Shown here piece by piece: positions 43,881 through 53,130 of a stretch of 61,375 bases of DNA; the first letter of the stretch is position 1; every line of letters starts with the position of its first letter. A program made the position numbers and the translations under genes. This DNA comes from a virus (taxonomy: Duplodnaviria; Heunggongvirae; Uroviricota; Caudoviricetes), in the IMG/VR virus record IMGVR_UViG_3300006145_000003; one strand, given 5' to 3'. The notes beneath the pieces were generated by a model. It did not search any database. It was given only the letters and a program-made list of their open reading frames with translations, and had not been told where the DNA came from.

Positions 43881-44894
43881 TTAAGCTATTTCATAACGGC
43901 CTATACCGGCGTTACCACCTGCCAGTACGATACCCATGCCGTATTTCTCACCATACAGGTATTCCTGAGTCAGGTCGCTGTTAGTCTGTGGGTTGCCCAC
44001 AATAACAATTGGGTCACCCTCGTAGACACACTTAATAGGCTTGTCATCGCCTGCAATTATAGTAAGTATGTCATCACGCATAACAAAGTCAGTAGAGCCG
44101 ACCTTATGACGCTGAGGAGTAACAACTACGGGATTACCGAAAAATTTACCATAGTAACCCAAATTATAGATGTCGCTTTTGGAATCGGTTCCCTGAATAG
44201 AAGGGACAAGATTTCTTACAGCTTTCTTGGTTCCAATGATAGTCGCAGGCTTACCATCAGCAGCTGCCTCAACGTGAGAAATAAGCTCAAGAAGCTCGTC
44301 CTCATCATAAGCACCAGCAGCAGGAAAGTAAGTGGTACCACCAAAATCGTTTGCAGAAGCCGTGCTCCACAAAGTATAGACATCATTCAGCAACTGCTTA
44401 CGGAAAGACTCAGACACCTTATTGATAAAGGTGTTGAAGTCAACGCGCCCCGCCAAAACGCGGTTCAGTTCCTCGTATATCTTGACAACCTTTAGAGAAG
44501 TCGGGATTGACATCTCGCTGGTGCCACTCAGACGCTGACGGCGAATACCCTGCGTACCGTCTGCGGCCTCAGAAACGATGAACAGATTACTGTCTTCAAT
44601 TATGAACAAATTTTTGTCGCCCTCTGCAACATTTCGGAAGTCCACCAGGGCGTTAAAATATTCATCACCCTGCAAGCCTTCAACCGCAGTACGAGAAAGA
44701 ATCTGCTCAATCAGAGTGAAAAGACCCTTGCATTCACCGTCGCGAATTTTTCGATAATCCAGTTTGGTGTTACCACCGTTGACTTCAATAAGGGCCTTAC
44801 GTAGGACATCCTGTGACTGTCCAACAGAGTACTGCTCAACATTACCGTGGTATGCATCAACTGCAACCTTAACAATATCATTCATATCAGGCAT
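43881..44894 (-). CDS. Major capsid protein
   Basis: 337 aa, follows protease/scaffold and decoration genes, terminator-like hairpin just downstream (about 43846-43869). Confidence 0.8.
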   Translation of the reverse strand: MPDMNDIVKVAVDAYHGNVEQYSVGQSQDVLRKALIEVNGGNTKLDYRKIRDGECKGLFTLIEQILSRTAVEGLQGDEYFNALVDFRNVAEGDKNLFIIEDSNLFIVSEAADGTQGIRRQRLSGTSEMSIPTSLKVVKIYEELNRVLAGRVDFNTFINKVSESFRKQLLNDVYTLWSTASANDFGGTTYFPAAGAYDEDELLELISHVEAAADGKPATIIGTKKAVRNLVPSIQGTDSKSDIYNLGYYGKFFGNPVVVTPQRHKVGSTDFVMRDDILTIIAGDDKPIKCVYEGDPIVIVGNPQTNSDLTQEYLYGEKYGMGIVLAGGNAGIGRYEIA

Positions 44895-44912
44895 TATATG
44901 TATCCTCCTCTC

Positions 44913-45416
44913 TTACTTCTCTGTCTTATCAATCCTAATTGTGTAGTAGGTGTGACGGCCAGCAATCTCTACGTCAGCACATACACCAAGACCGGTACCA
45001 CCAGTAGCAATCTTGCCATTGGCACCGATTCCAACGGTATCGTCCTTCTTGGGCACAGCCCCATCCACAAATCCTTCTGCTGTCACAGAGAACATATTGC
45101 GACTGCGTGGAATGTAACCACGGACTGCCTTCCCAGCCTCATTGATGTACTCGTCCAAGTTCTTCTTACGCTCGTCATACATAACCTCGACACCAGCTAC
45201 GATAGCACACTCATTCAAGTCTGCTCCGGCAGTAGCGGCAACGGCCTTCATTACCTCGCGCTCGCCATCCTCATAACCTTCCAACTTGACAATTACACCA
45301 TTCTCTACTTCCGCAGGCTCGCCATCTGCATTATAAAAACGCAGGGAGACAAGGTCGGCGGGCTGGTTCGTACCGCTCATCAGGTCTGTGCGAATAACTG
45401 CATATTTATCAGCCAT
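44913..45416 (-). CDS. Capsid decoration/cement-like protein
   Basis: 167 aa between scaffold and MCP; VENGVIVKLEG...GKAVRGY. Confidence 0.6.
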   Translation of the reverse strand: MADKYAVIRTDLMSGTNQPADLVSLRFYNADGEPAEVENGVIVKLEGYEDGEREVMKAVAATAGADLNECAIVAGVEVMYDERKKNLDEYINEAGKAVRGYIPRSRNMFSVTAEGFVDGAVPKKDDTVGIGANGKIATGGTGLGVCADVEIAGRHTYYTIRIDKTEK

Positions 45417-45439
45417 TTTTGACTCCTCCTTTTATGAAT

Positions 45440-46984
45440 TTACTTATGCTTGCCCGGTGTAATAACCCCATATTTGGCAAATAAACCGCCATAGGGCTCG
45501 GGCTCAGTGTCATGCCTATCCACCGGAAACTTTGGTGTTTTAGGCTCATTGGAGAACTTTACTGCAGTACCATTCCGGCCACGGATGGCAAAGCACTTCT
45601 CCTCCAAGGTCTCCAGGTCAAACTCCTGGCAGTGCTCACGCAGGTTCTCAAAAACCTCGACGCCAGCTAGGTCTTCGAACTGAGCAAGCACCTCTTCGCG
45701 CTTTCCTTGCTCCTCAGCAATCTCAGCATCCGCCTTGAACTTGCGCAAAGCGGTCAGCTCTTCGTTTGCTTTTTCGGACTTTTCAATTTCCTTCTGGAAC
45801 TTCTCTTCCCACTCGGCGTTAACTTTACCCAATCGCTTAGTCACAAGTTCAAATACTTTACTTGTGGGGTTCGCCTGCTCACCTTCATCAAAATCTACGA
45901 TGGAATATTTCTTGCGCTTTTTGCACTTGAAATCTATGACAACATGGTCGCCATTCATAGAGTACTGGAACCCGTATAGATTCCATCCATCCTCATAATC
46001 CTCTGCGTAGACCTCGGAGGTGCTTTGGTCGTAGTCAACAAACCAGTAGCGAGGCATGGAGCCCCAATCGGTTGTAACGGTCTCCGCTTCTAGGGCGGCA
46101 AAGAGCTCCTGCGTGAACTGACTTTCCAACTCAAAGCGCTCATGCTCGTCCTCTGCGGACGCCTGTTCGCTGTTGCCGTTAGATTTCATTGCTTCAAACT
46201 TAGCGCGAAGCTCTTCCAGGGAAAAGTCGTTAATACTAAAGTCAAGCATATCAGCAGTTAGGCCATATTCAGCCATCAGCTTATTCTTCTCGTCCAATAC
46301 CTCTCCTCCTTCCGAATTGTATTGTGGATTTATGCCAACCTCTTGCGAGGATTGTGCCTTTGAAAATGTTTCCTTAAATTCTTGCATCATATCAGCAAGT
46401 TGTTTCCTAAAATCATTACAAGAGAAAAGCTCTAATGAGGCAGACTCGAAACACGGCTCAGCGGTACCAAGCAAACAAAAAGCTGTAAACTCAAAGCTAT
46501 CGATTATGTATACACCGTTGACCATTCTGCCCTCTTGAACAGAGATTTCCATAGATTCATCCGTTACTCCGTTATCTTTGATTTTTTGGTATGCCTCCTG
46601 CCTTTTCCACAGAATGACATCCACACACAAATACTCATGGATTCCGGATTCATCTTCTACTTCTTCCCACCAATAGTTTGCACTTTCTGGAACAATGCCT
46701 ACCGGTTGAGTAATATTTACTATTCGCATATTGCCTTCAGAGTCTGAAACAAGCTCTATATCATGTGAGCCTATTACATCCTCTTCTCTGTCGTAATGAC
46801 ATACAATAGGACAATTGTAGATACTAGAAATACACTTCTCATATGTTTCCTTGCTGATGAAGCTATTGTTTCGGTTTCTCCCAGTATAAGCAATTCGTAA
46901 TTTTCCGCTATCAAAAGAAGAGTTGCACTCTCTTAAATCGCTAATACTGGATGAGAATAGAATTCTCATATTGCGACCTTTCAT
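45440..46984 (-). CDS. Prohead protease/scaffold protein
   Basis: N-terminal protease-like domain (SMEISV...FTAFCLLG..EPCFESA) and acidic coiled-coil C-terminus. Confidence 0.75.
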   Translation of the reverse strand: MKGRNMRILFSSSISDLRECNSSFDSGKLRIAYTGRNRNNSFISKETYEKCISSIYNCPIVCHYDREEDVIGSHDIELVSDSEGNMRIVNITQPVGIVPESANYWWEEVEDESGIHEYLCVDVILWKRQEAYQKIKDNGVTDESMEISVQEGRMVNGVYIIDSFEFTAFCLLGTAEPCFESASLELFSCNDFRKQLADMMQEFKETFSKAQSSQEVGINPQYNSEGGEVLDEKNKLMAEYGLTADMLDFSINDFSLEELRAKFEAMKSNGNSEQASAEDEHERFELESQFTQELFAALEAETVTTDWGSMPRYWFVDYDQSTSEVYAEDYEDGWNLYGFQYSMNGDHVVIDFKCKKRKKYSIVDFDEGEQANPTSKVFELVTKRLGKVNAEWEEKFQKEIEKSEKANEELTALRKFKADAEIAEEQGKREEVLAQFEDLAGVEVFENLREHCQEFDLETLEEKCFAIRGRNGTAVKFSNEPKTPKFPVDRHDTEPEPYGGLFAKYGVITPGKHK

Positions 46985-47010
46985 ATCACTTCACCACCTA
47001 TTGACATAAT

Positions 47011-47037
47011 AAAAGCCCGCATAGATTTATGCGGGTT
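47011..47037 (-). terminator. Terminator-like hairpin
   Basis: cccgcata/tatgcggg 8-bp stem followed on - by cttttatt. Confidence 0.65.
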
Positions 47038-47212
47038 ATAGCACCAATGTATTAGATACACAAAACCGAATATTGAAAGTAGCGTAGTCTTCTGTGGCCT
47101 TATTAGCAAATATATATTGCTGATTCACATCATCTGACCTTAGCAATTCATATCCAGCTTTTATCATTATATCTGCATCGGATTTGCAAAATACGTAGAT
47201 GAATGGCTTCAT
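47036..47212 (-). CDS. 58-aa hypothetical protein (not in the ORF track)
   Basis: GGAGG RBS; MKPFIYVFCKSDADIMIKAGYELLRSDD...; between portal and protease. Confidence 0.6.
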   Translation of the reverse strand: MKPFIYVFCKSDADIMIKAGYELLRSDDVNQQYIFANKATEDYATFNIRFCVSNTLVL

Positions 47213-47227
47213 AAATTCCTCCGCACT

Positions 47228-48736
47228 TTATTCGTTTTCACGATTCTGCTCCCTGCTATCAGACACATCACCGATATCTTTTACCGGCGCTCCGCCTTCA
47301 TCAGACGTGTTTGAACTACCATTTGCTGAACTCTGCGTTGATGAACTCTGCAAAGGTACAAATCTTTGTCCTAGATTCAAAACAGTATTTTCTAAGAAGC
47401 TCATTGAATCCATATCACTCTGAGACATACCTTGTGACGCAGCATATGCGGATATAAACGGTAATCCAAACTGACAGGCTTTTAGGTATTGGTCTCCTAA
47501 TTCCTTACGATTGTAAACGCTGCAATCTAAGAAGGTTACCTCAAAATTTTTGCCATATGACTGTGCGTGTAAAAATCGGTTTACAACATCCTCAATACTT
47601 TTCACAATGCCATATGTAATTGCTTGGTCTGCCTTTATTGATAATAGTAATGCATTAGCAGAAGCTTTATCGTTATTGAATAGTAACGATGAAACACCAG
47701 CGGCCGTAAAAAGATTTTGCTCTGCTTCGCCTATGGTGTCCGTATCGCCCGTATTTGATTTTTCAAAGCTTATCTTATTGATTGGCATTGGCGTGAGCAC
47801 AGACCCGACTTCTTCGGGCAGTACGCTATCTAAATTTCTCCAGAACTCACGCGCCTTATCGAAGTCCATTGTCCAGTTACCATCTTTATCCATCCCAAGT
47901 GACATTACCAAGATGGCATAGTTTTCCAAAGTGGTCTTAGAAAGTTTTAGCTGCTTGTAATCTTCAAGGTCATAAACTTCACGAAGGATTCCTGCGAATG
48001 GTGGGAGAGAATAGTCGAGTATGTCATTATTGCATTTAACTGCAAACGACGTAGGGCAGTCTAGTTCTTGCCATCTCATACCCCTTCTGTCACTTTGGTA
48101 GGCGTTGTATCTTGTTTGGAATTCGCGTGGATAAAATTCCAAATATTGACTTCTGGAATCAAAATACGAAAAATCAAACGTCACGTTAGGCACGTTGCCC
48201 TCGATTGTTGATATTGCGCAATAATCAGACGGCAATTGCTGTATTGTAATATTATCATTTGTCACCCATAAAGTCCCATAGAACGTATCTTCGCGTAAAC
48301 AAACCGTCAGAATTTTAGGGAATTGTGTTCTTACGTTCATTGAAGACATGGCATTAAGTACCTTTCGGTAGTTACGATTGATAGATTTTGCATTAGCACT
48401 ACTTGGGTCAATTTTATATGGGGAAACAACATAAGCCAAATCTGATAGCCCTGCAAAATATTGTATCAATCTCCTAAAATGAGGACTAGCACCATATATG
48501 TATGTGACAGCTTGTCTTAGTTGCTTTTCATATGTATAAGGATTTGATAAGTATGTTGTGATATCATCCTTTGTATACAAAGAAAAAGTAGGGGAGTTGG
48601 TGTTATTATTTAGGTCTCTTGTTATCAGCTTATTAAGCGTAGCAAACCTTTCGGATATTCCAATGGCACCAGACATATTTAATCTACGCTCAGCCTTGAC
48701 ATCCTTTATTTCGGACTTATCATTTTCGCTCATCAA
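47228..48736 (-). CDS. Portal protein
   Basis: 502 aa directly after terL; PPFAGILRE...LAQ-like portal core; size and position. Confidence 0.8.
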   Translation of the reverse strand: MMSENDKSEIKDVKAERRLNMSGAIGISERFATLNKLITRDLNNNTNSPTFSLYTKDDITTYLSNPYTYEKQLRQAVTYIYGASPHFRRLIQYFAGLSDLAYVVSPYKIDPSSANAKSINRNYRKVLNAMSSMNVRTQFPKILTVCLREDTFYGTLWVTNDNITIQQLPSDYCAISTIEGNVPNVTFDFSYFDSRSQYLEFYPREFQTRYNAYQSDRRGMRWQELDCPTSFAVKCNNDILDYSLPPFAGILREVYDLEDYKQLKLSKTTLENYAILVMSLGMDKDGNWTMDFDKAREFWRNLDSVLPEEVGSVLTPMPINKISFEKSNTGDTDTIGEAEQNLFTAAGVSSLLFNNDKASANALLLSIKADQAITYGIVKSIEDVVNRFLHAQSYGKNFEVTFLDCSVYNRKELGDQYLKACQFGLPFISAYAASQGMSQSDMDSMSFLENTVLNLGQRFVPLQSSSTQSSANGSSNTSDEGGAPVKDIGDVSDSREQNRENE

Positions 48737-50505
48737 ACTCTCCTCCTTCCCTTTTTGACTTTTGGCGCTCTGAATTGGAACATATCTTTTGAATTTATCT
48801 CGTTTTTGTATGCTCTATTCATTTTACTTTCAATTTGAAGAGCCACATAGTAATTATAGCTAAGGCTCGAATATCTATCTTTTCTCATTCCAGCCTTTTC
48901 GTAAATCTTAACTTTGCCATTGGCTTCATCATGCTGTAGTTTAACTAGCTCATCAATAAGCAAAGTGGTATGTATATATGGCATTTGTAAGCTAACCTTT
49001 TCAGAAGGAGATAGCGCATTGTATCCTCGTATATCGCCCAATGTGGATTCTGCGTCATATTCAGTTGTTAGTAAACGAATCTTGCTACTTCTAAAACCCT
49101 CTCGTAATAAGATGGCACAATCTGAATTGAGCTTTGGGTTACCTTTAATTGACCAAATTACTTTCTCAGCATTATGTGAAGAGCATCGTGATGCCATTTC
49201 TGGGTCATTGCAACATGATAGAGCCGGATAAATCTCACCACTTTCTGGGTCTACTATATCTCGTACAAGTGCGTCGTACACACCCATACCGAGGCCATTG
49301 CAGTCCATTACGATATAATCACAATGAAACTCTTCATAAAGCCTTCGTATGACTAAAGCCTGGTCACTCGTAATTAACCCCTCGAAACAATCCCCATATA
49401 CGATATTGCTTGTATACCGACCAGACTTTGACGGCAACATTTGGTTTATAAAGATTGCAGATGCATCGTTATTATGTTTGTTGCTAGACATCAAGGCTAT
49501 ATCCGCAGAGAGAATCCGCTTTTCACCGTTTGCCTTCTGAGTTATTCTGAATTTTGGGTTATTGCCAAGCAAATTTGCCTGCTTATCTGGGAGCATGGCG
49601 TATGCGATTTTTCTGTTCTTGGAAATTGAGTTAAAATCAAAAAATGCTCCTTCTTCTCCGCCATGCCACAGAGCCTCCATTTCCATTTCCCATTTAATTT
49701 CACTGAAATCGGTTTCAAGCATATCGCTTTCAACATCTTCAGGAAATAACAAGCCTTCCTTAATACTCAGTTGATATGGGAAACCACATACAAAATCTGT
49801 TTTCTTATCATCTAACATCATCTTGAACGTATCAAGCATTTTGTTGTATGACCAGTGGTCTTTGAAAAATGCAGACGATAAGAAGCAAGATTTATTCGGT
49901 TCTTTGGCATACTCAATCTTTTTTTCGTCATCTGACAACTCCCTGTATGGTGGCATACGACGGCTGGTTAGAAACTTTTTCAAGACAGTATCAATAGTAT
50001 CTTTTTTTACCATCCTAAACTCATCCACAATAAGAATATTAGCTCTGTTGCTTCTGGCGTTGTCAGATGCAGTGACGACCTTAATGTAGCTTGTATTCTT
50101 AAACATGACTTTAGCATCATTTCCAGAGAATTTTGAAGTCTTCAAATCAATTTCATTTTTTAGGTTAGGAGAAATATTAAGCAGCTCGGTTTGTATTTTT
50201 TCTAGGACGTTAATAGCTTGTCCTCTTGTACCAGATGTAATAACCACCTTTGTTCCTGGATACAAGATACATCTTGCAACTGCAAAAATAGCTATAAGGA
50301 AAGATTTACCCATTCCACGAGCGGCAATCCACAGAAAGACTCTTGCTCTATTCATCATTACCAGCAAAGAAGTTTGGTACCATTTGAGGAATGTAAGTTG
50401 CAAGTATTCTTCTACAAATATGTCGATATTTTCACGATAAAAGCTTCCCCATATCGCCATACCCTCAATAACACGTTGCCGACGTGATTGTGTTGATTTA
50501 TCCAT
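48733..50505 (-). CDS. terL: Terminase large subunit
   Basis: Walker A ARGMGKS, Walker B LIVDE, nuclease SADIA ... KDRYSS. Confidence 0.9.
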   Translation of the reverse strand: MDKSTQSRRQRVIEGMAIWGSFYRENIDIFVEEYLQLTFLKWYQTSLLVMMNRARVFLWIAARGMGKSFLIAIFAVARCILYPGTKVVITSGTRGQAINVLEKIQTELLNISPNLKNEIDLKTSKFSGNDAKVMFKNTSYIKVVTASDNARSNRANILIVDEFRMVKKDTIDTVLKKFLTSRRMPPYRELSDDEKKIEYAKEPNKSCFLSSAFFKDHWSYNKMLDTFKMMLDDKKTDFVCGFPYQLSIKEGLLFPEDVESDMLETDFSEIKWEMEMEALWHGGEEGAFFDFNSISKNRKIAYAMLPDKQANLLGNNPKFRITQKANGEKRILSADIALMSSNKHNNDASAIFINQMLPSKSGRYTSNIVYGDCFEGLITSDQALVIRRLYEEFHCDYIVMDCNGLGMGVYDALVRDIVDPESGEIYPALSCCNDPEMASRCSSHNAEKVIWSIKGNPKLNSDCAILLREGFRSSKIRLLTTEYDAESTLGDIRGYNALSPSEKVSLQMPYIHTTLLIDELVKLQHDEANGKVKIYEKAGMRKDRYSSLSYNYYVALQIESKMNRAYKNEINSKDMFQFRAPKVKKGRRRV

Positions 50506-51518
50506 TATTGGTCACCGCTTTCAGATGAACCGCCAAAAATATCACTCAACAATGTATCGTCGTCTTCTTCGTCGTATTCGGGACGGCTTACTCGATATTC
50601 ATTCATAGCGTCTTCGTACATCTTCGTGTAACTGTTCCTAAGACCGACCATCTTACAGGCATGTCCCAGATACCATGTTGTAATATTTCTAATAACACCT
50701 CTTATATCGCGCTTGCTTTTTTCGGTTTCGGGCAGAGGGCGATTAAACTCCCATTTTTGTATTCCAACACCCAATGGCATATTTTCTAGCTCTGCGTCCG
50801 CATCGTCTTTTTTCTGACTCGGTTTGAGGTTGGCGCTTCCGAGAATAGAATTCAACGTATTTGCTATTTTATCTATTGGCTTTCCGGCTGCACGTTCGTG
50901 GTTTATGTCAATTTCGAGATTACAAATCTGACGCAATAGTGCTTCTTCACCGGGGTCTAGCTGATAGTTTTCTGGATACTTTGATATCCAATATTTAAAC
51001 CTATCTTCGAGTTCGAGGTACATTGTACTAGAGTACCCTGGGCCCCAGAACGATACTATTTCATCAGGCACATCTATGTCATCTTCCGGCTCGACACAAT
51101 TTGGATTAACTGGAGGCTCTATTTCATCATACTTGTTTGGCCATATCCATAGGGCGTTTTCTTCCCGAAGAGTGTCATCGTAACATTTTCCTGCATATTT
51201 TACAGCACTTAGCTTGCTTATGTATGATGTTATTAGAGAGTGTACCGTAGACACTTTTTCAGCCGAATTGAATATGGCTTCATTCCAGTAGAGGTCTAAC
51301 TTCCTGCAAACCTGCCTAACAGCATCTGCAGACGAGATGCTTTCATTCATGAGATATTCCTGGAACATTTCTTCTACACAACGTTTACAGTAGGGGAGAT
51401 AGCCAGTCCCTTTGTAGAGTGCAGCACGAGAAACAAGAAAATTGCCTTTGTTTCTACCATACGCTTCTCCACAGCGACGGCAAATAATCGAATTCGAACT
51501 TATTTCCAATCCGGCCAT
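50505..51518 (-). CDS. Probable terminase small subunit (SPbeta-like) with an N-terminal Zn finger
   Basis: CRRC...CKRC; immediately upstream of and coupled to terL. Confidence 0.6.
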   Translation of the reverse strand: MAGLEISSNSIICRRCGEAYGRNKGNFLVSRAALYKGTGYLPYCKRCVEEMFQEYLMNESISSADAVRQVCRKLDLYWNEAIFNSAEKVSTVHSLITSYISKLSAVKYAGKCYDDTLREENALWIWPNKYDEIEPPVNPNCVEPEDDIDVPDEIVSFWGPGYSSTMYLELEDRFKYWISKYPENYQLDPGEEALLRQICNLEIDINHERAAGKPIDKIANTLNSILGSANLKPSQKKDDADAELENMPLGVGIQKWEFNRPLPETEKSKRDIRGVIRNITTWYLGHACKMVGLRNSYTKMYEDAMNEYRVSRPEYDEEDDDTLLSDIFGGSSESGDQ

Positions 51519-51928
51519 TACTTACCGCCCCCCTTCAGTTCGTTAAGTTTTGCAGCCATCTTCAGCTTTTTACCTGGAGAAAACTTAGGTACATTGTGAG
51601 CTTCAATCTCAACCCATTCGTTTGAACCGGGAATTTTTGTGCGTCTTGACGCACGCTTATGAATTGAGAAAATACCAAAACCGTATAGATTTACTTCTTT
51701 CCCATCTTCCAAAATATCTTCAATTACATCCAGACAGGTGTCTAATATAAGCGATACATCCTTTTGATTAAAGCTAATTCGCCTATCACTTCGCTTAACA
51801 TTAAAATTGCATGTATTCCCCTCATCATCTGTAATGTGAAATACGTGTTTAGGACTAGATATCACTTTACGGACACCAGATGCCCTTAGGCGTTCACAGA
51901 CTTCATTTACAAGTTCCCCTTTATTCAT
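51518..51928 (-). CDS. HU/IHF-like DNA-binding protein with an internal insertion
   Basis: MNKGELV...V.L.GFG.F...R..R...P...E..EI.A..VPKF.PGK.LK. Confidence 0.85.
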   Translation of the reverse strand: MNKGELVNEVCERLRASGVRKVISSPKHVFHITDDEGNTCNFNVKRSDRRISFNQKDVSLILDTCLDVIEDILEDGKEVNLYGFGIFSIHKRASRRTKIPGSNEWVEIEAHNVPKFSPGKKLKMAAKLNELKGGGK

Positions 51929-51947
51929 TCATTCACTCCTTTACTAC

Positions 51948-52982
51948 TCACAAATCAGTAAGACCTTTCTGAGCATCAGAGCGAATTTCGCCATTTTCAT
52001 CGAAGAACTGCGATATTTGCTCTTCGGCACTAATGTCTTTATATACCTTGACCATGTCACTAGATTCCCATCCAACAATCTCTTGGATTACGTTATCAGG
52101 CAATCCGAGTTTGGATAAATGTGTTGTGAAATAGTGTCTTAGGCTATGCCAATAAAAGTCCTCTCCCGTAATTCTGCTAAATGAATTGGCCCAGCTGTTA
52201 AGAGTTGTCTCGCTTATTTGCTTTGACATATCTTCCGCATCAGGAAACAACCATTCACTATCTATTCCGAGCTCACTTCTTTGTTTAATCCAGGCATCCA
52301 AATAAGGCTTAAATTTTTTTGCCAACGTATAGCAGAATATATATTTGCCAAGGCCAAATCCCTTTGTTTGAATTGGTTCGCTTGTTTTGTATAGCGCTCC
52401 ACCACAAACTAGGTTTTCATCGAGAAAGTCCTTAACTCGAAATCTACAAAGTTCAGATTTCCTTCTTCCACTGCACATAGCTAATGCAAGCATACACGCC
52501 TTTTTGTGCTTTCCCATAGATGACAAGGTATTAAGCAAGTCATCCAGCTCTTCATCTTCCCATATAGTCTTTTTACGTACCTGTTGCATAGCTGGATTTT
52601 CGATTTTTCGGACTGTTGACCTAAACCCTTTAAAATCGTCTTCATCGTCCAGAATGTTTTCTACATAGTTACTCATTGACGATATAGCCGACTTAAGTCT
52701 CCTAACCCTAGAAGGAGAGTTGCCATTTTCGTTAATAAGCCAATGTTGATATGCCGCGTAATCACGTTTCGTTATTTTGGGAAAGAATTTATTTCCGTTA
52801 TTAAGAAGATTCCATACCCAAAATATATCTATATCATTTGAATATCCAGCAATTGTTTTTGGACTTCTTTGTACTGACTGTAAATATGCTATAAAATCTT
52901 GTTTGAGACGCATATTTTCTGGATTCACTTGTGCCAAGAGCTCGGGGCTTGTGATATCATTTTGCTTAGTTTTACGGGGCAT
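51948..52982 (-). CDS. Second tyrosine recombinase (XerC/D-like)
   Basis: SGRRKSEL (R), K, HSLRHY (H-x-x-R), VGW, VKVY (Y); N-terminal core-binding domain; start ATG at 52982. Confidence 0.88.
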   Translation of the reverse strand: MPRKTKQNDITSPELLAQVNPENMRLKQDFIAYLQSVQRSPKTIAGYSNDIDIFWVWNLLNNGNKFFPKITKRDYAAYQHWLINENGNSPSRVRRLKSAISSMSNYVENILDDEDDFKGFRSTVRKIENPAMQQVRKKTIWEDEELDDLLNTLSSMGKHKKACMLALAMCSGRRKSELCRFRVKDFLDENLVCGGALYKTSEPIQTKGFGLGKYIFCYTLAKKFKPYLDAWIKQRSELGIDSEWLFPDAEDMSKQISETTLNSWANSFSRITGEDFYWHSLRHYFTTHLSKLGLPDNVIQEIVGWESSDMVKVYKDISAEEQISQFFDENGEIRSDAQKGLTDL

Positions 52983-53011
52983 CAAAGCCACCTCGCTTTC
53001 GTAATTATTAT

Positions 53012-53087
53012 TGGGTGCGGATACGGGAGTTGAACCCGTTCTTCGAGGCTTATGGGGCCCGTGACTTAACCGTTTGTCCTATCCGCA
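53012..53087 (-). tRNA. Atypical/degenerate tRNA, anticodon CAT (Met/Ile2-like)
   Basis: 76-nt cloverleaf: TGCGGAT/ATCCGCA acceptor, GAC/GTC D-stem, ACGGG-TTCAACT-CCCGT T-arm, encoded CCA; non-canonical A8, C33, C27:C43, C73. Confidence 0.7.
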
Positions 53088-53094
53088 ATATAAT

Positions 53095-53119
53095 AAGAGG
53101 CCAAAGTATTTGGCCTCTT
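53095..53119 (-). terminator. Hairpin between the phosphoesterase gene and the tRNA
   Basis: 11-bp perfect stem aagaggccaaa/tttggcctctt. Confidence 0.55.
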
Positions 53120-53130
53120 CTAAGTCATAA

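Noticed and set aside
43677-44495. 272-aa + strand ORF over the major capsid gene
   Set aside because: Antisense shadow with no recognisable features
51948-52982. MrpR-like catalytically dead recombinase repressor
   Set aside because: All catalytic residues including the Tyr nucleophile are present, unlike SPbeta MrpR; a DNA-binding role is not excluded
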